From the NCBI GenBank assembly GCA_001784175.1, contig MFPR01000028.1, positions 101,955 to 165,954 of the forward strand: a stretch of 64,000 bases of DNA. The letters are read 5' to 3'. Position 1 is the stretch's first letter; every line of letters begins with the position of its first letter. Made by a program: the position numbers and the translations under genes. The stretch comes from Candidatus Lindowbacteria bacterium RIFCSPLOWO2_12_FULL_62_27 (lineage in GTDB: Bacteria; Lindowbacteria; 2-12-FULL-62-27). The notes beneath the pieces were generated by a model, which saw only the letters and a list, made by a program, of their open reading frames with translations, was not told the DNA's origin and did not search any database. This document shows, in pieces, positions 56,743-64,000 of the stretch.

Positions 56743-58030
56743 GGCTTGTCCCTCCTGTGTCTCGTTGATCGTTCGTCATTCCCGCAACGGAAAGTCCCGT
56801 CACCCGGTCGAGAATCGCGCGCGCTTTGCCATACTCGGTCAACAGGTTCACGTAGGCCAACTCCTCAAACAGCAGTTGCTGCTGCGCGTCCAGAAGATCG
56901 AGAAACCCGGCCCGGTTGGCCAGATAGCCGCTCTCGACGACTTCAAGCGTTTTGCGGCTGCGCGGCAGAACCGACGTGCGGTAAATGTTCGCCATCCGCG
57001 CGGCGTTCCGGATGTCGGCGAGCGCCACCCGGAAATCGACCGTCACCTCGTTTCGCATCCGCGCCCATTCGGATTCGGCGTGCCCCAGGTCCGCCTCGGC
57101 GGCGCGCACCTGGGCGCGCTGTTTCCAGAAATAGAGCGGCACGTTCAGGAATAATGAGGCGTTGTAAACCTTGGGCATGCCGTCCTCCGTCATGCGCGCC
57201 CAGCCGGCGGTGAAATCGGGCAGAAAACTGAGTTTGGCCTCCTTCAACAAGAAGCGGCTGTGCTCGATATGATGGTGGGCGGCCTTCAAATCCACGTTCG
57301 ACGCAATCGTCGCGGCCTCCAGCCCAGCGCCGTCAGGAGCGGCGAAGTTCACGCGCGGTTCCTCCGGAATACCCGGCGCGGAATCGGCGGGTCGGTTGAG
57401 AAGCGCATTGAGCCGGGTCTTCACGGCCGGCAGGCGTTCTTCCAGGTTTGACAGCTCGACCGAGATCTTGTCCGCCTCCGCCTGCGCCCTCAGAACATCC
57501 CTCTGCATGACGCGGCCGGATGCGTACTGCCGTTCGGTCACGTTCGAAAACCGCTCGAGAATCCGGGAGTGCGCGCGCCTGATCCGGAGACTCTCCAAAA
57601 GCTGCCAGTACTCATAGTACGCGGCCGTCACGTCGGCTTGGATTTCGAGGAGCGTCCGAAGGTACTCGTACTGGGAGATCCTGGCCGCGTGGATCTGGGC
57701 CTTCTTGCGGGCCGAAAGTTTTCCAGGAAACGGGATATCCTGCTCGACCATGTACATGTCGGTGCCCGCGTTTTTGGATTTCGGGGATTTCCCTCTCCTG
57801 ATTTTCTCGAGGTTCAGACCGACTTTTGGATCGGCCGGAAGCCTGAACGCGTCGATCTTGGATTTCTCCGCTTCCCACCTTTGCCGCATGGCCAGAACGC
57901 CGGGGTTTCGGCGGCTCGACTCGGCCAGTAAATCGGACAACCGGAGCGGCGCGTTCGAATCCGCGCGGACCTCCGCAACGTTGAACAGAGAGAGGAACAT
58001 GAACAAGTACGAATGAGAACGTATCTTCAT
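56726..58030 (-). CDS. TolC/CusC family outer-membrane efflux protein
   Basis: Signal peptide; QDIPFPGKL, NVPLY, FLDLLDAQ. Confidence 0.9.
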   Translation of the reverse strand: MKIRSHSYLFMFLSLFNVAEVRADSNAPLRLSDLLAESSRRNPGVLAMRQRWEAEKSKIDAFRLPADPKVGLNLEKIRRGKSPKSKNAGTDMYMVEQDIPFPGKLSARKKAQIHAARISQYEYLRTLLEIQADVTAAYYEYWQLLESLRIRRAHSRILERFSNVTERQYASGRVMQRDVLRAQAEADKISVELSNLEERLPAVKTRLNALLNRPADSAPGIPEEPRVNFAAPDGAGLEAATIASNVDLKAAHHHIEHSRFLLKEAKLSFLPDFTAGWARMTEDGMPKVYNASLFLNVPLYFWKQRAQVRAAEADLGHAESEWARMRNEVTVDFRVALADIRNAARMANIYRTSVLPRSRKTLEVVESGYLANRAGFLDLLDAQQQLLFEELAYVNLLTEYGKARAILDRVTGLSVAGMTNDQRDTGGTSHDQTH

Positions 58031-58148
58031 GGTCAACCGACCTCCTTTAAGCAGTGATGCCCGGTTCGGAGACACCGCGCTGCGGCTTTGGCCGAACGGA
58101 GCGAAACGTTGCGCTGGAAAAAAAGACGCCGGGGCGTCGGGTCGGTTG

Positions 58149-58457
58149 TTAAATCAGAAGGGTCTGGAGTTGGAGAAAAATCTTGAGAGGAGAGAAAAAG
58201 AAGCTGAGGGATCGCGCCGGCCCAAACCAGATCTCTGGACGGTCTGCGACTATTTCCCCGCCGGCTTGGGCAAGAGGCGCAACGGCGTCAGGAACCGAAA
58301 CGGTGTTTGGCACGGCCGGCGGAACGGGCATCGACGTACACTCCATGCCGGGATCGCAATCCGGGCAGCACGGCATGTCACAAGCCACCGCGCCGGGCAG
58401 CGTGCCCGCCAAGAGGAGTAGCGCAATCATCAGACTCACCCACACGGTTCGTTTCAC
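58149..58457 (-). CDS. Small exported Cys/Met-rich leader protein of the cus operon
   Basis: Signal peptide, ACDMPCCPDCDPGMEC, C-terminal PLKIFLQLQTLLI. Confidence 0.65.
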   Translation of the reverse strand: MKRTVWVSLMIALLLLAGTLPGAVACDMPCCPDCDPGMECTSMPVPPAVPNTVSVPDAVAPLAQAGGEIVADRPEIWFGPARSLSFFFSPLKIFLQLQTLLI

Positions 58458-58466
58458 AGTGACTCC

Positions 58467-58495
58467 ATTGTATGGCAAACCAAAGCTCGTGTCAA
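58467..58495 (-). promoter_or_regulatory. sigma70 promoter of the cus operon
   Basis: TTGACA-N17-TACAAT on the minus strand. Confidence 0.75.
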
Positions 58496-59142
58496 ATTTT
58501 CATTTTAAGACGCTCGAACGCCGCGGTTTCTTCCGGCGTCGCCGGGCGCTTGTTCAGGAGCCGCAGGCGCAGCAATGTGCCGCCGGCGTCTTCGGACGAA
58601 AATTCGTACATCACGCCTCGCGCGACGTATCGCATCTTCGATTCTCCGGTTTTCAGATTTCTGACCGTCGCGGCGTCAAACATGCGTTTGATATGAAGAA
58701 GCAGATGAAACGGGGTGTCGGTCACCGGTAGAACGTGCGCGCCGTTCTTGAACCGGATCTCCATCCGCCACTGCCGGAATTCAAATTCCAGTGTGTCCGC
58801 CTGCCCGCGGTCCAGATAGGATAGAAACGTGTTGACAAACTGCTCATACGGCGCCTCGGCGCCCACCGCCGGGACGGAATCACCTTTCAACCGCGCCGCT
58901 TCCAGGAACGATCCCGCGCGCTGCCAGGCGATAAAGGCGTTCGCGGCCGCCAGCGCCAGGAGAAGCCCCACCAGCGTCTGAGGCTGCCAGACGGCGGATA
59001 CCGCGAGCGCCGCCATGCTGACGGCCAGCAATCCTCCCGCCAGACGGCGATCGCCAGGCCGGCCGGGCCGCGCGCGAATGCGGCGGTCGAGGAGCAGGAC
59101 CGAAACGAGGATGACGAAACCGACGCCCGTCAGAACCCACAT
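58492..59142 (-). CDS. Membrane hypothetical protein
   Basis: Three TM segments, soluble C-terminal domain. Confidence 0.65.
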   Translation of the reverse strand: MWVLTGVGFVILVSVLLLDRRIRARPGRPGDRRLAGGLLAVSMAALAVSAVWQPQTLVGLLLALAAANAFIAWQRAGSFLEAARLKGDSVPAVGAEAPYEQFVNTFLSYLDRGQADTLEFEFRQWRMEIRFKNGAHVLPVTDTPFHLLLHIKRMFDAATVRNLKTGESKMRYVARGVMYEFSSEDAGGTLLRLRLLNKRPATPEETAAFERLKMKI

Positions 59143-59218
59143 GACGGTATGGTATCCAAATCGTGGTCCGAAATACAGAGCGTCTTGCGGAGCGCTCGCG
59201 GGGGAGATATTCTGAAAA

Positions 59219-60706
59219 ATGGACATTCGATGTCGAATACGGGGCCGCCGTGTTTTCCGGGTGCTCATCGCCTCTCTGTTCGCATGGATTTTCTGGACTC
59301 CGGACGCGTTGGGCGCCAAGCCGCTCGTCGGCGACTCGCCTCAGCTCGAGGTGATCATGATGGACGTGGGGCAGGGCGACGGCATTTTCTTAAGGACGCC
59401 GGGCGGAAAACACATCCTGATCGATGCGGGCCCCGACGCCCGCCGAGGCGTCCTGCCCTTCCTGAGATCCCGGCAGATCAAACGCATCGACTTCATGGTC
59501 CTCAGCCACCCCCACGCCGATCACATCGGAGGCGCCATCTCGCCCCGCAACGACTACCCGCGTACCGTGAATTCGGTGCTCGAGTACTGCGAGGTCGGGG
59601 AAATTCTGGACAGCGGCAGGAATCATCCGACGCCGGAATACAGGAGCCTCCTCGAGGAAATCAAATCCCGCGGGATTTCCTACCGCCAGCCCCGCACGGG
59701 CGAAAAACTCAACTGGGATCCGGCCCTCAAAGTGACCGTGCTCCATCCCGACGCGCCCAAATACGAGAACGTCAACGATAATTCCATCATGCTCCGCATC
59801 GTCTATCGGCAGGTTTCGTTCGTCTTCACCGGGGACGGAGAGGAAGAGGCGGAGCACGCGGCCGTGTCCGAGTTCGGGTCGAGATTGGGATCGGACGTGC
59901 TCAAGGTGGGCCACCATGGAAGCCGGACTTCGACGACGCAGGAATTCCTGGACGCCGTCAGCCCTCGATACGCGCTCATCTCCTGCGGATACCGGAACAG
60001 TTTCCGCCACCCGAGAACGGAGACGCTGGACAAGCTCGACGACATCGGCGCGCGCGTGCTCAGGACTGATCAGGACGGATACCTCAGTTTTAAAACCGAC
60101 GGAGAGAATATCCGATGGACGCGATCGCCTGTCCCCTTCCCCAAGGCGGAACTTGCGCGCATGGAACCGATCGATGTTTCATCCGACGAATGGCGCGGCA
60201 AGGGCCGGCAGGACGGCGGGGACCTCGAACTGTCGGCCGAGCCGGGCCAGAACATCTGGATTGGCGAATCTTCGGCGCCGACCCGATCCCGCCCCATTCC
60301 CGCCGACCTGCCGTGGACCTTTGTCGTGTCGGTCCGGCCGCCGGAAGGGGAGAAAATGGAGGCGGGGGTGATGCTGTTCTCGGACCGCAAGAATTTCCTC
60401 TTGTTCGGAATTCAGGATGAACGGATGCTCAGCCTGACGGTGGTCCGCGACGGCAACCTGATCCTGGGTCCCGAATTGATCGTCTCCCAGCCCTCACGGA
60501 TCGGCCTCCGGCAGACTGCGCAGGCGATCGAAGCGCTGGCGTACGACGACGACAAAGAAACCTGGCGCGTGCTCTGGTCGCTTTCGAAACGCGAACAGCC
60601 GGGCCTCGATGACCGTTCGCGGCTGGGCGTCTATGTGAAAAGCTGGGGGCGCGAGTCCGGAGCGGCCACGTTCAGAAAATTCATGTTCGGAGGTGGAAAC
60701 GGATGA
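59219..60706 (+). CDS. ComEC/Rec2-like MBL-fold hydrolase with C-terminal beta-sandwich domain
   Basis: DVGQGD, LIDAG, SHPHADHIGG, NDNS, FTGD, LKVGHHGS, HP, RTD. Confidence 0.88.
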   Translation: MDIRCRIRGRRVFRVLIASLFAWIFWTPDALGAKPLVGDSPQLEVIMMDVGQGDGIFLRTPGGKHILIDAGPDARRGVLPFLRSRQIKRIDFMVLSHPHADHIGGAISPRNDYPRTVNSVLEYCEVGEILDSGRNHPTPEYRSLLEEIKSRGISYRQPRTGEKLNWDPALKVTVLHPDAPKYENVNDNSIMLRIVYRQVSFVFTGDGEEEAEHAAVSEFGSRLGSDVLKVGHHGSRTSTTQEFLDAVSPRYALISCGYRNSFRHPRTETLDKLDDIGARVLRTDQDGYLSFKTDGENIRWTRSPVPFPKAELARMEPIDVSSDEWRGKGRQDGGDLELSAEPGQNIWIGESSAPTRSRPIPADLPWTFVVSVRPPEGEKMEAGVMLFSDRKNFLLFGIQDERMLSLTVVRDGNLILGPELIVSQPSRIGLRQTAQAIEALAYDDDKETWRVLWSLSKREQPGLDDRSRLGVYVKSWGRESGAATFRKFMFGGGNG

Positions 60707-61725
60707 TGCGGTTCGTGTGGGTGATGTGTCTCGGTTGCCTTCTGGTTCCGAACGCTGGGTTCTCCGCCGAGCGCGAGGACGAATGGCTTCGGACGGAGGA
60801 CGCGCTTCAAAAGGCCGGCGAGGGAACGCCGATCCGGCCGGAACAAGTGGGCGTGAACCTCGGGATGTCCTTGGCTGAACTCGCGTCGGACCGCCGCTTG
60901 CTGGACGAATCCCTGGATCAGATCGCGGACGTCGGCGCCCGGTGGGTCCGCGCGACGCTCGCATTGGATGAATCCTTGGACTCGTCGAAACATCGGTTGG
61001 ACGTCACCGCAGTGGTCGATCGGTTCCGCGACAGCGGCATTTCGATCCTCCTCGCGCTGGATGCGCCGGACACACGGACGAGGTTCGTCTCGACGGCGGT
61101 GGGCCTGCTCAAAGGGAGGGTGACGCATTATGAAATCCTGAATGATCCGGCAAGCCTCGACAGCCCATCACCCGCTTACGCCCGTTTCCTTCTCGCAGCG
61201 TCCCGCGCAGCCAGATCCGCGGACTCGACATGCGTCCTTCTGGCGGCGCCTGTCGATCGCGTCACTGCTCAGGACTTGAAAAAATTTGAGGCGTTCCTCA
61301 AGGAGCTGGGGAAGGCCCGCCCGTTCGACATTTTGGCGCTCCATGTCGACCGTGCCGCGACCGGCCCCGGCGATCCGAACCGTGAAGGCCTGACGCTTGC
61401 GGAGGAGATCGACCGCGTCAGGACTCTATTGACCCGCAAGGGCTTTTCGGACGTTCCGATCTGGCTGACCCGCGTGGGATGGCCGGCTCGGGCCGCCGAG
61501 GATTCGGACACGCCGGCGGCCTCAACATGCTCTGAGGAGGATCAGGCAAGATTCCTGACCGAGACGTTCGCGCTTCCCCGAACGATTCCTGAATTGCAGA
61601 AAGTCTTCTGGTCGGATCTTCGGGATCCGACGCCGGCCGGCGGCGTCCGGTCTGGCTACGGCTTGTTTACCTCCGCCGGATTGCCCAGGGCGTCGTACCA
61701 TGCCTGCAAGAAGTTAACGTGGTGA
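60703..61725 (+). CDS. Secreted clan GH-A (GH39/GH5-like) protein with degenerate catalytic residues
   Basis: GARWVR, YEILNDP, FDILALH, PIWLTRVGW, VFWSDLRD, YGLF. Confidence 0.7.
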   Translation: MMRFVWVMCLGCLLVPNAGFSAEREDEWLRTEDALQKAGEGTPIRPEQVGVNLGMSLAELASDRRLLDESLDQIADVGARWVRATLALDESLDSSKHRLDVTAVVDRFRDSGISILLALDAPDTRTRFVSTAVGLLKGRVTHYEILNDPASLDSPSPAYARFLLAASRAARSADSTCVLLAAPVDRVTAQDLKKFEAFLKELGKARPFDILALHVDRAATGPGDPNREGLTLAEEIDRVRTLLTRKGFSDVPIWLTRVGWPARAAEDSDTPAASTCSEEDQARFLTETFALPRTIPELQKVFWSDLRDPTPAGGVRSGYGLFTSAGLPRASYHACKKLTW

Positions 61726-61741
61726 TGATGGATCGTGGATT

Positions 61742-61852
61742 TCCCCCTCTCCCGCCCTTGGCGGGAGAGGGTCGGGGTGAGGGTGGCCGTTCGGTCGCCA
61801 TGCCGATGGACCCCCTCACCCTGACCCTCTCCCCCTTTCGGGGGAGAGGGGA
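61742..61852. repeat. Inverted pair of REP-like palindromes (REPIN-like)
   Basis: Two opposite-orientation copies at 61742-61783 and 61811-61852. Confidence 0.85.
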
Positions 61853-61906
61853 AAATCGTTCCGGACTTGATGATCGTTCCACTGTTGACAAACCAATTAC
61901 GAACAT

Positions 61907-62266
61907 GTGATGCGCATTCGTTCGGATGAATTCGAGGAGGAAATCGGCCGGGCGATGGATCGGATGCCCAAGTTTTTGAAAGAGGCGTCGCAGTCGGCCG
62001 GTGTCGCGGTGCTGGCGGAAGACGCGCCCGCCCAGGCGCCGGAGGATCGGTCCGGCGAGCCGCTCTTCGCGGAGTTTGTCGGCCCCACGTCGGTCGAATT
62101 CGACACCGGCGAATCGCCTTTCCCGCCTACCGTCGTCCTCTACCGGTCCACCTTTGAGTCGGCCTGCCGGTCGAAATCAGAGCTTCGCGAAGAACTCTAC
62201 CGCACCCTCGTTCACGAACTGGGACACTTCCTCGGATTCGACGAAGACGCCCTCGAGGACGTCTGA
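61907..62266 (+). CDS. Minimal zincin-like metallopeptidase
   Basis: VVLYR, TLVHELGHFLGFDED. Confidence 0.85.
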   Translation: MMRIRSDEFEEEIGRAMDRMPKFLKEASQSAGVAVLAEDAPAQAPEDRSGEPLFAEFVGPTSVEFDTGESPFPPTVVLYRSTFESACRSKSELREELYRTLVHELGHFLGFDEDALEDV

Positions 62267-62289
62267 CCGCCGTCCACCTCAAAACTCTT

Positions 62290-62318
62290 TTGCAAATGCC
62301 GCCCGCATTATATACCAT
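62290..62318 (+). promoter_or_regulatory. sigma70 promoter of tRNA-Leu
   Basis: TTGCAA-N17-TACCAT. Confidence 0.65.
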
Positions 62319-62336
62319 CACCCGTAGTGATTGATC

Positions 62337-62419
62337 GCCGGTGTGGCGGAACGGCAGACGCACCAGGTTCAGGGCCTGGCGGCCGCAAGGTCGTGGGGGT
62401 TCAAATCCCTCCACCGGCA
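62337..62419 (+). tRNA. tRNA-Leu(CAG), CCA not encoded
   Basis: GCCGGTG/CACCGGC-A acceptor; CCAGG-TT CAG GG-CCTGG; long variable arm; GGTTCAAATCC. Confidence 0.95.
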
Positions 62420-62499
62420 TACATGGATGTATCGTCCCTGTTGCCCCAGACTCAGGATTTTCCAGGGATGGAAAATCCCTCAACCCAAGCAACAGGGAC
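62419..62499 (+). repeat. tRNA 3'-trailer structured element, copy 2
   Basis: ATACA-TGGA-TGTAT, then GTCCCTGTTGC/GCAACAGGGAC enclosing GGATTTTCCA-GGGA-TGGAAAATCC. Confidence 0.85.
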
Positions 62500-62531
62500 A
62501 TGCTGGATGATATATCGAAATCGATAATGCC

Positions 62532-63932
62532 ATGAAAAATCCATTTCTCAGAATGCTCTGCTCGCTGCTGTTGGTCGCTGGCCTGTCGCTTCGTGACGCC
62601 GAAGCAACGGACACGCGCGTGATCCTGTTCATCGTCGACAGCGTCAGCGCGGACCTTCTCTACGAGATGCTCGCCGCGGGCGATCTGCCGAACATGGCGG
62701 CGGCGTTGAAAGAGCGTGGCGTTCGCGTGGACGAGGCGATCGCGCCCTTTCCCACCATCTCGTTTTCGGCGCACGCGTGCATCCTGACCGGCTGTTTCTC
62801 CGACCGCCACAACGTGCCGGCCATTCGATGGTACGACCACCGCACCGGGCACAGCCGGTCATACGCGGGATTCGGGTCCGAGCTGATCGACCGCGACATG
62901 GATTCGGCTGTGCCGACGATTTTTGAATCCCTCGCGGACTTGCACACCGCCGCGATCGGCTCGGTCGTCCATCGCGGCGCGGACGAATATGTCCGGCCGT
63001 GGCTGCCGCCGGACGGGCTTCGCATGCGGAGTTTGCTCAAACGATTTCGCCGCGCCGACCCCCCGCGCCTCTCGGTCGTCGTCCTGACGGGCATCGACTG
63101 GCCCGCGCACCGGTATGGGCCAAAATCGGAATGGGTCCGGATCGATTTGCGCAAGCTCGACCGCCGCATGGGGGAGATGTTCGAACTCCTGCGGCGGCGG
63201 GGACTCGACCGAAGCACTTACGTTTTTTTTACGGCCGACCACGGCCACGCGCCGCGCGCCGGATATGTCGATCTCTACGCCCTCCTCACGCGGCTCGGGT
63301 TTGACCCTCTCGACAAATTCCTCTATACCGGCCGGACCGACGGATTCACGTCGTACGACGCCATTCTCTGGATGGCGGGTGTCGGCTACTCGTTTCTCTA
63401 TCTTCCCCATCGCACGGACACGGCGATCGACTGGCGGACCCGGCCCGGCGTTGAGATGCTTCGTTCGTATCCGGTGGGCGGCCGGCGGGTCGATCTGATC
63501 GGCGCTCTGACCGCCCGGACCGAAATTGCCTTTGTTGTTGTGCGCGATCCTCGCACAGGCAGGGTGCAGGCGTTTGACGCAAATGGCGCGATCGATCCCG
63601 CCAACGACCTCGCCGACTATCCGGACGCCGCTGTCCAGTTGCCGCGGCTGATGGCGGGCGCGCGCGCTCCGGACATTCTCGTCGTGACCCGCGATGGATA
63701 CGAAACCGCATGGAGCTGGCATCGCGGCCGGCATGGCGGCTACAGCCGCGAAGAAATCGTGGTCCCGCTCATCGTCTGGGGTCCCGGTGTAACCCCCGGC
63801 CGCATTGCCCGCGCGCGCACGATCGACATCGCGCCGACGATCCTCCGTTTGTTCGGACGATCCATCCCGCCGGGCATGGATGGCGTCCCGCTCGATCTTC
63901 AGATCGCCCCCCACCATGGTCGAGCGCCCTGA
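62532..63932 (+). CDS. Alkaline phosphatase superfamily protein (nucleotide pyrophosphatase/phosphodiesterase-like)
   Basis: FIVDS, FPTIS, D..AH.YGP, TADHGH, GRHGG, DIAPT. Confidence 0.88.
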   Translation: MKNPFLRMLCSLLLVAGLSLRDAEATDTRVILFIVDSVSADLLYEMLAAGDLPNMAAALKERGVRVDEAIAPFPTISFSAHACILTGCFSDRHNVPAIRWYDHRTGHSRSYAGFGSELIDRDMDSAVPTIFESLADLHTAAIGSVVHRGADEYVRPWLPPDGLRMRSLLKRFRRADPPRLSVVVLTGIDWPAHRYGPKSEWVRIDLRKLDRRMGEMFELLRRRGLDRSTYVFFTADHGHAPRAGYVDLYALLTRLGFDPLDKFLYTGRTDGFTSYDAILWMAGVGYSFLYLPHRTDTAIDWRTRPGVEMLRSYPVGGRRVDLIGALTARTEIAFVVVRDPRTGRVQAFDANGAIDPANDLADYPDAAVQLPRLMAGARAPDILVVTRDGYETAWSWHRGRHGGYSREEIVVPLIVWGPGVTPGRIARARTIDIAPTILRLFGRSIPPGMDGVPLDLQIAPHHGRAP

Positions 63933-64000
63933 TCTCGACGCCGAAACGCGCACGGCCCTCATCCGCAAGGGCAACGAGTACATGAACCGCGGGGAACTCG
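63916..64000 (+). CDS. Start of a CDS leaving the window
   Basis: MVERPDLDAETRTALIRKGNEYMNRGEL open to the window end. Confidence 0.55.
   Translation, partial: MVERPDLDAETRTALIRKGNEYMNRGEL

Noticed and set aside
1-64000. CRISPR array, rRNA, prophage structural genes, transposases
   Set aside because: None seen

Overview
GC-rich diderm bacterium; I cannot assign the lineage from this window. The core-like flanks carry tRNA-Arg(GCG), an xdhC plus three-subunit xanthine-dehydrogenase-family operon, motAB, a MAF-type protein, ilvB, ubiE/menG, xerD, a tRNA nucleotidyltransferase, a GH13 enzyme and rmuC on the left, and a cusCBA-type efflux operon, a ComEC-like MBL hydrolase, a probably inactive clan GH-A protein and tRNA-Leu(CAG) on the right. 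There are two accessory regions. The first is a REP-flanked islet (12.7-16.9 kb) with a candidate structured RNA, an FlgD-Ig-tailed secreted protein and a collagen fibre protein. The second is a ~22 kb decaying island between rmuC and cusA (30.4-52.4 kb) with many toxin-antitoxin modules and gene fragments. Two signals stand out. (1) The island encodes an atypical ECF-like sigma factor, and a fixed-spacing motif CCGGAA-N16-CATTTAT precedes several island transcription units, suggesting a self-contained regulon. (2) Both tRNAs, 62 kb apart, are followed by the same covarying ~81-nt structure with GGA-loop hairpins matching the CsrA/RsmA binding consensus. All calls come from reading the sequence by eye; no database searches were run.
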